A stretch of DNA of 64,000 nucleotides from Gracilinanus agilis (Eukaryota). Under the pieces are notes generated by a model. That model was not told where the DNA came from and made no database searches. It saw nothing but the letters and a program-made list of their open reading frames with translations. Where the stretch lies: NCBI RefSeq assembly GCF_016433145.1, contig NC_058131.1:321912732-321976731 (forward strand). Direction: 5' to 3'. A program made the position numbers and the translations under genes. Positions 1 through 12,989 of this stretch are shown here, one piece after another (the stretch's first letter is position 1; each line of letters opens with the position of its first letter).

Positions 1-762
1 GATAAAGTTTAGAGCTACAGGGACCTTAGAATATAGAATACTAGACTTGGAAAGGTTCTTAGAAGTCCCTGGTCTAATCACATAATTTTGCAGATGGGAA
101 GTGAAGTGGATTAACTAAGGGCAATCAGCTAGTCTCTAGAAAAGCTAGAACTGGAACTCAAGCTTGTCAGCTCCTGTTCAGTGGTTTTTCCACAATTCCT
201 TATTTCCCTTGAGGCTTGATCTTATAAAATTTGGCTAAATTGAAGGGAGGGGGCCAGGGAAACAGTTTGCTAAAGGGAATTCATTAAGTTCAATTCAACA
301 GTCATTTATTGTACATCTGCTATTTGCTAGGCCCTATACTAGGCATAGTCATGGAATAATAGAAATAGATGGGACCTCAGACTATTATACATTAATGCTA
401 GAAGGGATCTTAGGAGGCTGAACGTCAGATCTTTTGGTACTATGGGAAAAGTGTTAGAATTGAAGTCAGATATTCTATATCCTATTCTCCTACTTATGGA
501 TTGTGCAACCTTGGGCAAGTCACTTGCCCCCTTAGGTCTCAGTTTCCTCCTCTGGAATTGGAAGGAACCTTAGAAAACAGAATGTTAGAAAGAGAAGGAC
601 CTTTAATATAGTTTATCCAAGATAGGGAGTCTACTCCATTTTACAGAGGAGGAAACTGAGGCTCAGAGTAGTCAAATGATTTGTCCAAGGTCATAGCAAT
701 AGTGGCAGTGCTGTGGAAAACCTAGAATTTGAACCAAAATGTACTTGAGTCAAGTCTTACTA

Positions 763-965
763 NNNNNNNNNNNNNNNNNNNNNNNNNNNNNNNNNNNNNN
801 NNNNNNNNNNNNNNNNNNNNNNNNNNNNNNNNNNNNNNNNNNNNNNNNNNNNNNNNNNNNNNNNNNNNNNNNNNNNNNNNNNNNNNNNNNNNNNNNNNNN
901 NNNNNNNNNNNNNNNNNNNNNNNNNNNNNNNNNNNNNNNNNNNNNNNNNNNNNNNNNNNNNNNNN
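763..965. other. Assembly gap (203 N)
   Basis: Run of N. Confidence 1.
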
Positions 966-974
966 ATAAGAGAC

Positions 975-976
<2 letters not shown>
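966..976 (+). other. Tn5/Nextera mosaic-end adapter remnant
   Basis: ATAAGAGACAG equals the 3' 11 nt of the mosaic end AGATGTGTATAAGAGACAG and sits right at the gap edge. Confidence 0.85.

Positions 977-1027
<51 letters not shown>
977..1027. repeat. (CT)n microsatellite
   Basis: Direct reading. Confidence 0.98.
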
Positions 1028-1029
<2 letters not shown>

Positions 1030-1899
1030 CACATACACCTTTCCCTTTATATTATAAGATCCCTCTAGCTTTAGGATTCTTATTTAAACATTGTACCTCT
1101 CCCTGTCTCTCAGTCTCTCTTTCAACAATAGGTCTTTGGTAGAGAAAAGAACTATATCAGGAAGAGAGAAGCAGGGAAGCATTTGACTCCTGAGGAGAAT
1201 ACCAAGACCTGGTCTCTTGGGGGTAGGAAAATTCAGGGCAGGGGACAGCCTCTTCTGGTTTTCCTAATGGTGTTATTGTTTGAGACCAATTCATGGATGG
1301 CCAGGAAATAGGTGAAATTGCTATCTACAAAGGAAAGGAAACTGTTTGGAGTTTCCAGTGGGGGCCCCATTCATTCCAGACTAGAGGTCCATGGGGGTGG
1401 CAAGTGGGGCAAGCCCTAGCCACATAAACTGGGCTACTTCTCACCTCCATATATTCTGCTCATCCTTCTACCTCAGAATGTGCTCCCCACCCTTCTGTTT
1501 ATCTAATCTTAAATGGCCCTCAAAACCCTCTTCCATTCTCACCTCTGCCATGAAACATCTGATCCCAACCCCCTCAGTCCCAGTTCATAGGGATTTCTCT
1601 TCTTCCTCATTACTAATTAAATTTCCAGTCTAGGGCTTAATTTTTAAGTGCAAGACCTTACTGGCACTGTGTAAGCAGCACCGGATTTGAAACCAGAGGA
1701 ACTGGGTTCCTTGAATGCTTACATTTTACTAATGAGGAAATAGGCCAAAATAATGGAAATGACTAACTCAAAGTCATACAGTGACAGCCCCGGGCCCAGA
1801 ACCCAGGTCTAATGATTCCCAGTTAAGTCTTAGAATCACATGTTCAGTTTACTCTAAACAGAGATCTTCTCTACAACTTTCCTGACAGGTAGTCATCCA

Positions 1900-2660
1900 T
1901 TCTCTGAATACATAAATTAGATTCCATTTAACAAACTTTTATTAGATTTCTACTATGTGCAAAGCATTGTTGGTGAGAGCTAAGCTAAAAGTAGTCCCTG
2001 CCTTCAAAGAACTAGTCTTATACTAGGAGGTATAGCAAGGAATCAGATAAGTAAGTACTAGATAATTTAAGGAAAGAGGGGGCACTGACAAACAAATAGG
2101 AAGATCAGGAAAGGCTTCTTGGAGGAGGTGGAACACAAGTTGAGCCTTGAAAGAAGCAAGGGGATTCTATGAGGCTGAGATGTGTTCAAGTATGCAGGAC
2201 AGTCTGTACAAAGGAGATGGAATGCCAAATCTAACAATAGAAGTCAGAGTAAAGTTGAACTGGGTAGCTACAGAGCCAAGACTGAGAAGGGGGGAAAGTC
2301 GGGTTAGACTAGTTAGTTAAGCAAATAAACTTATTTACCAGGCTTGTGGCTAAGCCGTGCGTTATGGAGAAAGGCCATTTAAGATTAGATAAAGAGAATG
2401 GTCCCTTTTATTAAGGAGTGTATGTTCTAATGGAAAGTCAATGTGTAGATAGCTAGCTACATATGAGACATATACAGAGTAAGTAGGTGAAAAGCCAAAG
2501 GCATTAGAAGTGGGGGTAGGGTTGGGTCAGGTAAGCCCTCCTTTAGAAGGTAGGATTTGAGCTGAGTCTTGAAGAAAGCCAGAGGAGGAGTGGAATGCTT
2601 GGAAGTCATCTTTAGGTCAAAGAATAAATTAAGTAGGAATAAGGCTGGGTGAAAGATAAT
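1900..2660 (-). mobile_element. Degenerate L2 LINE 3' fragment(s)
   Basis: L2-type motifs such as tttattagatttctactatgtgcaaagcattg, aggaaaggcttcttggaggagg and gagctgagtcttgaag; boundaries approximate. Confidence 0.6.
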
Positions 2661-3889
2661 ATGGAAAGTTGTGACTACAGGAATTTCAGAACTCCAGATC
2701 CTAGAAACAGAAGAAGGGTGAGAACAGGGATATGCCCAACCCTGTGGTCCCATATCCGTGGCTGAGATGAAGTAAATAAAGGTGTAGGTGAGGTTGATAA
2801 AGTAGGGGCTAGAGTATCTGAAGGGATGCCCAAGACTCACACATCTGTAAAAGCAAAGACATAGTGGGGCAGAGCCAAGATGGTGGAGAAGATACATGGG
2901 CCCATCTGATCTCTACCAAATTACCCTCCAAAAAACCTGTTATAACACTTCAGAATGAATTCTGGAGCAGCATAACCCACAAAAAGCCAAAGTTAAGTAA
3001 TTTTTCAGCCAAAAACAACTTAGAAGGCTAGTATGAGGGCTCTAGGACACTGGGGTAGAGGTAAAGAGCCAAGCAGCCCCCAGGGGCAGGCCCTAATGCC
3101 ACAATGGGCTCTGAGTGCAACTGAAGCACTAGTAAAGGCTTCCAGAGCTCTTATCCATAGATGGTAAGGTGGGGTTGGTCAACTGCTCAGAAAGATATTA
3201 TAGGAGTCCCTTTGCTGGTTCTAGGTGCAAGATTTTTGTTGCACTGCCTACATGTAGATCCAGAAAACAGTTCTGGGGAGAACTCTCAGGGAGAGTGGGA
3301 ACACTAACACATACCAGTGCTTGGGACCCCAGGGGAGCAGGGGACCCTAGTCACAATTGCAAAGTAGAAAAGAATGCATGAGGCCTAAACACACCTCTCC
3401 TTACATCACACCATCTTGAAAGAACTGAAAGCCTAGAGATTTTCAGAACCAGCTCTGAAGGCAGCTGCACAAAGAATCTGAAACTTGGAACAGTGTTCTC
3501 TTCATTTCAGTTACAGAGCCCAACTTTAACAGTTTTTTTTTAAATAATAGAAAAGAAAAAGACTAGAAATTGAGCACACACAAAAAGAAGCTCAATTAAG
3601 AAAGTTATTTTTTGGTGACAGGATAGACTAAAACACAAACTCAGAAGCAGATGATAAAGTTAATACTGCTGCCTCCAAAGCCTCCAAGAAAAATATGGAT
3701 TTCTTTCAAGCCCCAAAAGAATTAGTAGAGGAACTCAAAAAAAGATTTTAAAAATCAAATAAGAAAGGTAGAAGAATTGGGAAAAGAAATGAGAGTGATA
3801 CAGAAAAGTCATGAAAAAAGAGTCAACAACTTGGTAAAGAAGACACAAAAAATACTGAAGAAATTAATACCTTCAAAAACAGAAGAAGC

Positions 3890-4108
3890 GGGGGGCAGCT
3901 GGGTAGCTCAGTGGATTGAGAGCCAGGCCTAGAGATGGGAGGTCCTAGGTTCAAATCCGGCCTCAGACACTTCCCAGCTGTGTGACCCTGGACAAGTCAC
4001 TTGACCCCCATTGCCTACCCTTACCACTCTTCCACCTAGAAGTCAATACACAGAAGTTAAAGGTTTAAAAAAAACAAAACAAAACAAAACAAAAAAAAAA
4101 AAAAAAGA
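3890..4108 (+). mobile_element. Young opossum-type CORE-SINE (SINE1_Mdo-like) with 9-bp TSD
   Basis: A/B-box head gggggcagctgggtagctcagtgg..ggttcaaatcc; (AAAAC)n/poly-A tail; TSD agaagaagc at 3881-3889 and 4109-4117. Confidence 0.93.
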
Positions 4109-5385
4109 AGAAGAAGCCAATTGGTAAAAGAAGCACAAAAATTGAATGAAAAGAAGAACTTTTTAAAAAGCAGAATTGATCAAATGGAAAAAGATATACA
4201 AAAATGCTCTGAAGAGAAGAACTTCTTGAAAGACAGAATTGGCCCTTTGGAAAAAGAAGTACAAAAATTCACTGAGGAAAAGAATTCTTTACAAAATAGA
4301 ATTGGCTAAATGGAAATGGAGGTTCAAAAACTCACTCAAGAAAATCATGCTTTAAAAATGAGAATTGAGCAAGTGGAAGCTAATGACTCTATGCAATGTC
4401 AAGAAACAGTCAAAAGAATGGCTGAAATATTTGTCACAGAGGTGGGGAGGTAATATGTGAACCTCATTCTCATCAAAAATAGCTCAATGAAGGAAGAAAA
4501 GTAATTTAAATTCTCTATAATCATGCAAAAATGCTCTAAATCACTATTAATTAGAGAAATGCAAATTAAAGCAACTTTGAGGTACCACCTCACACCTATC
4601 AGATTGGTCATTATGACAGAAAAAGAAAATGACAAAACTTGGAAGGGATGTGGGAAAATTGAGATGCTAATGCAATGTTGGGGGAACTATGAAATGATTC
4701 AATCCTTCTGGAGAGCAATTTGGACCTATGGCCAAAGGACTATAAAAGAGTATAAACCCTTTGACCTAGCAATACTTTCACTAGGTTTGTATCCCAAAAA
4801 GATAAAAAATACAAAAAGGAGAAGGACTCATATCCACAAAAATATTTCAAGCAGCATTTTTGGAGGGGCAAATAATTGGAAAGTGAGGGATACCTATCCC
4901 TTGGAGAATGACTAAGTTATAGTATTTGATTGTAATAGAATAATATTGTAGTGTAAGAAATGACAAGCAGGAGGAGCTCAGAAAAACCTGGAAAGACTTA
5001 AATGAACTGAAGCAGAGTGAAACAAACAGAACCAGGAGAACATTGTACAGCGTAACAGGAATATTGTACAATAAACAACTGTGAATAACTTAGCTACTCT
5101 TAACCATACAATGATCTAAAACTATCCCAAAAGACTCATGATGAAAAATGCCATCTGTTTCAAGAGAAAAATAACTGATAAAGGCTGAATCCAGACCAAT
5201 GAAAACTTTTTTCACTTTCTTAATTTTTTAATTCAAGTTTCCTTCTACGAAAGGATCAATATGGAAAAATGATTTACATGATTGTACATGTAATATCTAT
5301 ATAAGATTGCTTACTGCTTCAATGCGGGCAGGGGGATTGGAGGGAGAGAATTCGAGATTCAGTATTCTTTGAAAAATGTTGGAAA

Positions 5386-5587
5386 TGGCAGGGAGGGCAG
5401 CTAGGTGTCTCAGTGGACTGAGATCTAGGCCTGGAAACAAGAGGTACCGGCTTCAAATTTGGCCCAAGATACATCAAGGGCAAATCACTTAACCCCCATT
5501 GCCTAGCCCTTACTACTCTTCTGCCTTGGAACCAATACACATTCTAAGATGAAAGGAAAGGGTTTAAACATAAAAGAAAAGAAAAGA
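5386..5587 (+). mobile_element. CORE-SINE inserted in the L1 3'UTR
   Basis: SINE head and tail; TSD aaaaatgttggaaa (5372-5385) / aaaaatattggaaa (5588-5601). Confidence 0.88.
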
Positions 5588-5699
5588 AAAAATATTGGAA
5601 ACTGTTTTTAGATGTAATTGGGGAAAAAAAATAAAATAAAATTATAGATAAAACAATATATTTCACATGGCCCTATCATCCCCTCAAGGAAGCTTTCTA

Positions 5700-6070
5700 T
5701 ATTTCTCCTCTATTTAATAGTGAAACTCCTAACAATAACAGCAAGAAAACTGTCAATGTTGATTGCCTCCAATTCCTTGCCTCTCACTCCTTAGGGCCTA
5801 AAAACCTTGCTTTTCATTGTATCACTCAGCTGAAACTATTTTCTCCAAAAATTATCAATGATTTCTTAATTGTCAAATTCAATTTCCTTTGCTCAGTTCT
5901 CATTCTTTTTTATCTCCACAGCATTTAGTCCTATTGACTGCTTTCCTTTCTTGAATGTTCTCTCCTTTTTGAGTTTTTGTGATACTGCTCTCTTGATTCT
6001 TCTCCTAACCTATTTGGGTTATCATTCAAACTCAACACATCCAAAACTAACTATGTCTTTCCCCACACAC
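5700..6070 (+). mobile_element. L2 ORF2 fragment
   Basis: Degenerate L2 RT-adjacent sequence (ctgaaactattttctccaaa..gatttcttaattgtcaaattc..gatactgctctc). Confidence 0.6.
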
Positions 6071-9000
6071 CAACCTCTCTTTCTGTCATTGAGGGTATCA
6101 CCATCCTTCCTATATACAACAGGGGCATCCATGACTCCAACTTATAGACAGAATGTAGATTACTATACTTAGAATAAATGCAATAGATTAGTATAGACAG
6201 AGTAAATGCAAAATAAATAGTCACTAAATACAGGATGGATAGGGAGGGTACTAGCTGCTAAGAAGTTGAGAAAAGGCTATGCATAGAAGGTACTGTTTGA
6301 GCCAAGTCTTGAAAGGAAAGAGGGATTCTAAAGGAGACAGAAAAGGGTTGGATTTGGTGGGGAGATTTCCTTATTGTCAGACACTGGGGGAAAAGAGGAG
6401 AAAATGCAGAATGATGTCATGAAATTTGCAGATAAATTGAAGGGAAAGCAAGAGAGTTCATATTGAGTGCCCTCAGTGTTTTCAGTAATGTAAGAGACAA
6501 GGTCCTATTAATAGTAATAATAGCTAGCATTTATATAGGATTTTAAAGTTTACAAAGTTCTTTACAAATATTTTATCCAACAATCCTGGATAATATATAT
6601 TATTATTCTTGTTTTACAAATGAGGAAACTCTTTGGCTTTCCCAGAGTAACTTAACTAGTAAGTGTATTTGAACTTAAAACTTCCTCACTCAGGACCAGT
6701 GCTCTATTGATAATGGGAAGCTCTCTTATCTATAAAAGTAACCCATTCCATTGTTAGGCAACTGTAACTCTTGGGAACTTAATCTTTTTACTGAAGTGAA
6801 ATCTGGCTCCTTACAACTTCTCTTCCTATTTCCCATTTCTCCTAGTTTTGGCCTCTGGGACTAAGCAGAACAAGTCTTGCCATTCTTCCCCTTTTCTAAT
6901 ATTTGAAGTCATTCAGCACAGAGATGACAGAGGTATAGTGGAAAGAAGGCTAGATTTGGAATTAAAGAAGTTCACTTAGAATTTTGGCTCTTCTGTTACC
7001 TTACTGGGTGACTTTAGTGTAACAGTGGTAGATACTATTCACTGAGCTGGTGAGTAGGCAGGTAGGTGCCTTTCACCCTTACTCTACCCAGACTTTTTGT
7101 GCATAGAGCTACTTTTCCTCTAGAGCAGGACTCCTCTAGCCAATTCTTTGATCCCACTTCTGCCTCCTCTGAGAAGTGGTTTTCCTTTCAAGTCAACCCT
7201 TCCACTGTTGCATTTGCCCACTTCAATAATTTTGCCCTCTTGACTCTCAGTTTTGTCCTTCTTTCCATAAATCCATAGAATGAGAGAAGCTAGCTTTTTA
7301 AACTAAATTAGTCCCAATTCCAGGCCTAAGGTCAGGGGAAACAGATGAGATGAAGTTGGATTAAGGAGGACCCAGTCATTTCTAACCCAGGTACCTGTCT
7401 CTAGCATTATGATCTCCTAGCTGGCACTAGAGTAGGCATAGTCAAAACAGAGCTACATTGAGCAAATGACTTCTCTCTGAATGCCAGTTTTCTCTTCTGA
7501 AACACAAAGGGGTTGAACTAGATGATCTTTGAGATCCCTTTTAACTCTAAATCCTATGATGCTTGTTCTTTCTCCCTTCTCCCCTCCAAAAAAAAAAAAA
7601 AAGAAAGAAAGGAAAGGAAAACCCTCTAGGACAGTGTTGGTGAACCTTTCAGAGACTGTGTGCCCAAACTGCTCCCTCAAGCTACCTGTGAGCCCCCTGT
7701 ATTACCACAGACAGAGGAGGGAGGAAGGGCTTGCATTAGGCTGCTGGGCAGAGGGGCAGGGAATGTGGAAAATGTCTTTGGGCTTTGTGGAAAGGGTAAA
7801 TGGAGCAGCCTCCTCCAACATTCAGGGGCACACATACTATTGGTTCGCCAGCACAACTCTAGGCTCAATTTTTGAAACATAACTCAAAGCAACTACCAGG
7901 GATAACATTCTCTTCCCTAGAATCATGCCTCTCAGTGACTGTCTTTATTGTTTTATGAACACCGATTCTTAGGAAGTCCCAGACTATCCTAATCTTAGGC
8001 TAGGGCTAAGGGGAAAAGGATATAGCTTAAAGTGGAGCTTGAAGTGACTGCTGGCTTCCAAGGGTGACTGAGGGAAGTGAGAGTTACCTTCTTTGAGTTC
8101 TCTTTCAACAGGAGGCACCTTCTGGCAAAGGAAAGATACAGGACACATAACAGGAACATAACCATTAAAGAGAAGAGAATAGGCTAGTCCCCCTATCCAG
8201 CTCACAGGCCTTGCTTTCCTCTTTCTTTTTGTTTTTTTAATAAGAACTCACATTTATTGTGGGACCTTGATTCCAAGACTCTTCGTATGAGTTGAAAATC
8301 ATGCATAATAGCAAACCCCTTTATTTAATAAGTATTTCTTATATGAACATATCTAGGCCCTTTGTGAATTTTCTTAGGCTTATTAGAGCTACCAGCATCA
8401 CTACTCTTGTACATGAAACCATTATTAATAACTAAATAATGTTAATGAAATGAAGAGAAGCACTGCTCTGACATGGACATACTCTATACAAGAGAGACCT
8501 CTGGACAAAGATGGATTCAGGAGTTAATGTTTGGAGCAAAACAATGTAATGACTTACACATATGCTTCTCAAAGTGAATGAATTTAGTGTGTAATTAAAC
8601 ATTTTTATTTTCTGTATTTTTGTCTTAATTTTTTCAGTTGCTAATCCATGTACCTAAATTCATGTGTGTTACCTCTGTGTAAAACAAGGTTCTACTGCAT
8701 ATATAATTTTTAAGGATTATAGAACATTTTCCCCACAACAATCATATGAGATAGCTCCTACAAGTTTTATTATTTTCATTTTACAGGTGAAAAAACTGAG
8801 CCTCAGAGACATCATATGATGCCTAGTAAAGGTCAACTGGGCTTTGAACCCAAGTCTCTTGATTACAAGTTCAGTTAGCGCTCTTTCTACTACATTATAC
8901 TGCCTCTCAGAATCAAAGAATCATAAGCTAAAGAGTTTGAAGGGATCACAGAAGTTATCTAGTTCAAGGCATTTTATTCCTGTCCCCTTTTTTGGAACAA

Positions 9001-9180
9001 GTGCCCATAATGGCAATGGAATTATTTTTTCATCTTTTCTTTCCAGAGAATTAGAAAACCCAGATCAGAATCCTGGCTCCATGACTATCTGATTGTGTGA
9101 CTTTGGGCAAACTGTTTCCCTTTTCTCATTCAACAATTAAATTCAACAAACATTTGTTGATAGGTTTCAGTTTGTGCAAG

Positions 9181-9361
9181 NNNNNNNNNNNNNNNNNNNN
9201 NNNNNNNNNNNNNNNNNNNNNNNNNNNNNNNNNNNNNNNNNNNNNNNNNNNNNNNNNNNNNNNNNNNNNNNNNNNNNNNNNNNNNNNNNNNNNNNNNNNN
9301 NNNNNNNNNNNNNNNNNNNNNNNNNNNNNNNNNNNNNNNNNNNNNNNNNNNNNNNNNNNNN
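9181..9361. other. Assembly gap (181 N)
   Basis: Run of N. Confidence 1.
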
Positions 9362-9419
9362 GAGCTAAATTATAGTGGAGAGATACAGCATATATACAAG
9401 TAAGTAAATGCAAAGCATA

Positions 9420-10900
9420 TACAAAGTAGTCTAAAGTAATTTAAAGAGGGAAAGAGAGTGCTAATAACTTGGCCATTAGGAAAAGCTTCTTATAGGATGA
9501 GGTACCTGAACATGAAAGATGCTAGGGATTCCATGAAGCAGGAGAAAAGAAAGATTGTATTCCAGGTAAATGATAAAATGAGGGATTTATATTTTCTTTT
9601 AGTAGCAATAGAGAGTCATTGGAGAATTTTGAGTAAGAGGATGACATGGTCAGGTATGTATTTTAGGAATAGCAATCTGGCAGCTAAAAGAAATGGAGTG
9701 GGGGAAGATGGAAGGCCAGGAGACCAGTTAAAAGACCATTGAAATTGTTCAGGAAAGAAATTATTAAATGAACTTGGTTATAGTCTATGTGAATGTGAGA
9801 GTTATTACTGAGGTAGAATTGATATGACATGGGGCAGCTAGGTGGCATAGTGGAGAGAACACCAGGTCTGAAGTCAGAAGGACCTGGTTTCAAATCAGAC
9901 TGTAGACACTTTCTAGGTATATGACCCTGGGCAAGTCACTTAACTCCATTTACCTAGTCTTGCCCTTCTATTTTAGAGATATTTCTAAAACAGAAAGAAA
10001 AAAGATTTTAAAAAACTGATATGAAATGGCAACTGACAGGGCTCAACAATTGAGAGAAAGGGAAGAATAATCAAGAATGACTTCAAAAGGTCTTGGGCCT
10101 GAATGACTGGAATAATGGTTGTACCATCAAAAGAAATGAAGAAAGTTGGAGGATAGTTGTTTTTTTTTTGTTTGTTTTTGTTTTTGTTTTTTTAAGTTGG
10201 GATAGGGAGCAAGATAATAAGCTCAATTTTTGGACATATTCAAGCTGAGATGCCTGTGGGACATCCAGGTGAAGAGGTTTGTCAGGTAGAGGTAATATGG
10301 GACTAGAGTTTAGGAAAGAGACTAGGGCTGAATATATAGATTTTAGTCACCTGCCTAGAGGTGCTAATTGAACACTTGGAAGTTGATGATACAGTATCAC
10401 CAAGTGAGGATGTAAAGACAGAAGAGAAAAGTGCCCAGGACAGGGCCTTGGAAGACATCCACACTTGATGGTTAGAAGAGAAAAGCAGCAAAGGAAACCA
10501 AGGAGTGTATCATATTAGTAGGAACTAAGAGAGATCAGTGTCATAGAAACCAAGAGAGGAGACTGACAGTATTAGAACCTGTAAAGAAGTTAAATAGAAA
10601 GAAAAGGTCATAGAATTTAGCAGCTAAGATACTATTGGGATCCTTTGAGAAAACAGTTGCCAAAGGTGGTATGGTCAGAATCCAGAACAAAAAGGGTTGC
10701 GAAATGAGTGGGAGGTTAGAAAATAGAGGCCCTAAATATAGATAATACTTTCTAGGATATTTGGCTGTGAGTGGGGGAAGAGATATAGGATGACAATTTA
10801 ATATAATAATAGACTTAAATTAAGTTTTTCTTAATGAACAGTTAGGAGGACCTAAATGTGTTTGTAGCTATCAGGGAAGGAGCTAGTAAATAAGGACATA
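9420..10900 (-). mobile_element. Long degenerate L2 fragment
   Basis: Purine-rich antisense L2 motifs (ttggacatattcaagctgagatgcctgtgggacatccagg); boundaries approximate. Confidence 0.65.
9831..10013 (+). mobile_element. CORE-SINE inserted into L2
   Basis: Head ggggcagctaggtggcatagtgg; 14-bp TSD aattgatatgacat / aactgatatgaaat. Confidence 0.85.
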
Positions 10901-11239
10901 CTAGAGATTATAGAAAGGAAAGGAATGGATGAAGGGCAAGCTATGAGAAGAGGAAGGAAGGAAAAGAATCAACAGTCCAAGTGGAGTTTGCCTTGGTAGG
11001 AGAAAGCTGACCCCTTTATAAGATACCAAAACAAAGGAAAGAGAATGGAGAATAAGAAGAAGTTTGAAGTTTGAAAGAAGGCCTTCAGCACAGTTAGCCT
11101 TTTTTTCTCATCTGCAAAATGGAAATACCGATACTTACCTTGATTACCTCACAGGGTATTATGAAAAGCAGGTATACATGTACCCCTCTAGTTGCTATCT
11201 CAATTAGATTTTCAGCATTTATTAAGCATCTGAAAGGCA

Positions 11240-11465
11240 AGGTGAACTAGTGCATAGAGAGCTGGCCTCAAACTCAGGAAGATCTAGGTTCAAACCCTGA
11301 TTCTGACATAGATTACCTGTGTTACCCTGGACAAATCACCTAGTCTATCAATGCCCCAGTCAACTCTCTAAGACTAAGAATTGCAGAGAAGGTGCTGGAC
11401 CTACACTGAAAGAGAAATTCCTCATAGGAGAGGCTCCCTACCCTGAAGAGATAATAGGTTATCAG
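11240..11465 (+). mobile_element. Marsupial CORE-SINE with a ctctaagactaagaattgcagagaaggtgc-type tail
   Basis: SINE head plus distinctive tail; a related copy lies at 61695-62130. Confidence 0.7.
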
Positions 11466-12269
11466 AAAAAAAAAAAAAACACTACCTTTTATGTAGAAGA
11501 CACTGAGGAATATGAAAATCTTGTTCCTATGTTCACAGAGCTCACAATCTAGCAGGAGAGGGGATAAGACAAGTAGACAATTAACTCTAATGCAAAATAG
11601 GTGTGAAAAATTTGAAATATGAACAAAGAACTTAAGAATTCTGAACAGGGAGACATCTATTCTCCTAGGTACAAGTGGATGAGGGAAGGGCATTCATGAA
11701 TAGGATGAATTGGAGGGGGAAAGACTGGCAGCAAAGAGACCAATTAAGTGGAAATTACTTTAGGCAAGAATTTTTCTTTTTTTTTCCGTTTGAGGATGTC
11801 TTTCAGGATATACCGTATGGTTTCCTTTTCCATCTCCATTGCTTCTGTTACCCTGCTAATTCAGTTATTCCAAGAGTAAGTAGATGGGGGGGGGGGTGAA
11901 CACAGTGTTAGTGCTCCGTTGCTTTCTTAATTTATAATTTTTGTTGATTTGTTTTTTGGTGGATTTTTTTGTGGAGGAGTGGAATCTAATTACTTTTAAC
12001 CTCTTCCTTTGACATATTGGATCAAATTTCAAAGAAATAATCAGGATCTTGCCTAGGGTATGTAGGGGGTATGTAGAGAAGTGGACAGGTTTGAGAGCTA
12101 TTGTGAAGACAATGAAGACATATTTTATAGAAGTTGGAGACTGATTGGATATGAGTGGGGCAAAGGAGAAGGAAAAGTCAAGGATGACTAAGATATTGAG
12201 CCTAGATGGTTGGGAGAATGGTGTATCATCAACAGAAATAGGAAAGTAAGGATAGGTAGTGGGTTGAAA

Positions 12270-12960
12270 GAAAAATTGACTCCATCATTAGACATATGTC
12301 TAATCGAGGTACTTGCCAAGTTTTTTGCTGCTGTCATGGAGGATGTCTAGCATAGATTCCAAATGGAAAAGAGATTCCTCAAAATGATGAGGTTCTCTAA
12401 ATGATTCTATTTGTGGTTGACATTGTGCTGATTGAATAAAGCCCTGGAGCAATGTAGAGCCACTTAAATGGAATCCATAATCACTCAAAAGGATTAGGCC
12501 TAATTATCCACCAGGAAAAATTAAGTGGCTAGAGAATGCCTTTTGTCCAGACTATGACAGGCATTTGGATGGATGACCCATAAAGCTGGCCCATCAGTTC
12601 ATATATTTTGAACAGATGCTACAGATGGACAATGACTTTTGTCCAGAAATGGAAAGAAGAGGGAGTAGATTCTGTCTTTGGAAAATTGTATGTTGCTTTT
12701 AATGGCCCCTAAATTTATCCCTAAAGCATTAACTTTATCTTTTTTAACATCAATATTTTTTTGGTGAGGTTGTATGGCTGCAAGTCATGTTATATCTCAA
12801 TCTTTGAAGAATCAAAATTATGACTCTCCAAAAAGAAACACAAGATGGACATAAATAGATTTAAGTATGTTATCTCTGAATAGCACACAAGGAGCAAAGT
12901 AAAAGATATCATTAAAAAGATATAGTGACCAGAAGAGGAGTGAGTTGGTCATTTGTCAAG
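12270..12960 (+). mobile_element. RTE-clade LINE reverse-transcriptase fragment
   Basis: Degenerate frames resemble RTE RT (FAAVMED, DIVLI, GLIIH.GK.KW, YG) and end in a RWAGHV-like region. Confidence 0.65.
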
Positions 12961-12989
12961 AGCTGGGCTTGGTATTCCATTGGTGCCCA

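Larger units (their letters stand above)
2866..5660 (+). mobile_element. Internally deleted L1 LINE (5'UTR, ORF1 N-terminal/heptad part, ORF2 C-terminus, 3'UTR) carrying two SINE insertions
   Basis: Starts ggggcagagccaagatggtggag (L1 5' end). Heptad ORF1-like frame at 4121-4309. ORF 4523-4915 (MQIKATLRYHLTPIRL...GCGKIEMLMQCW) matches the L1 ORF2 C-terminus. A-rich end near 5640. Confidence 0.85.

Noticed and set aside
729-1142. ORFs spanning N runs (also 9097-9413 and 53079-53760)
   Set aside because: Artefacts of untranslated N gaps and flanking microsatellites.
3890-3970. tRNA gene (A/B boxes)
   Set aside because: The boxes belong to tRNA-derived SINE heads; there is no cloverleaf 3' half or Pol III terminator.
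4523-4915. 130-aa ORF as a host gene
   Set aside because: It is an L1 ORF2 C-terminal remnant with a degenerate zinc knuckle.
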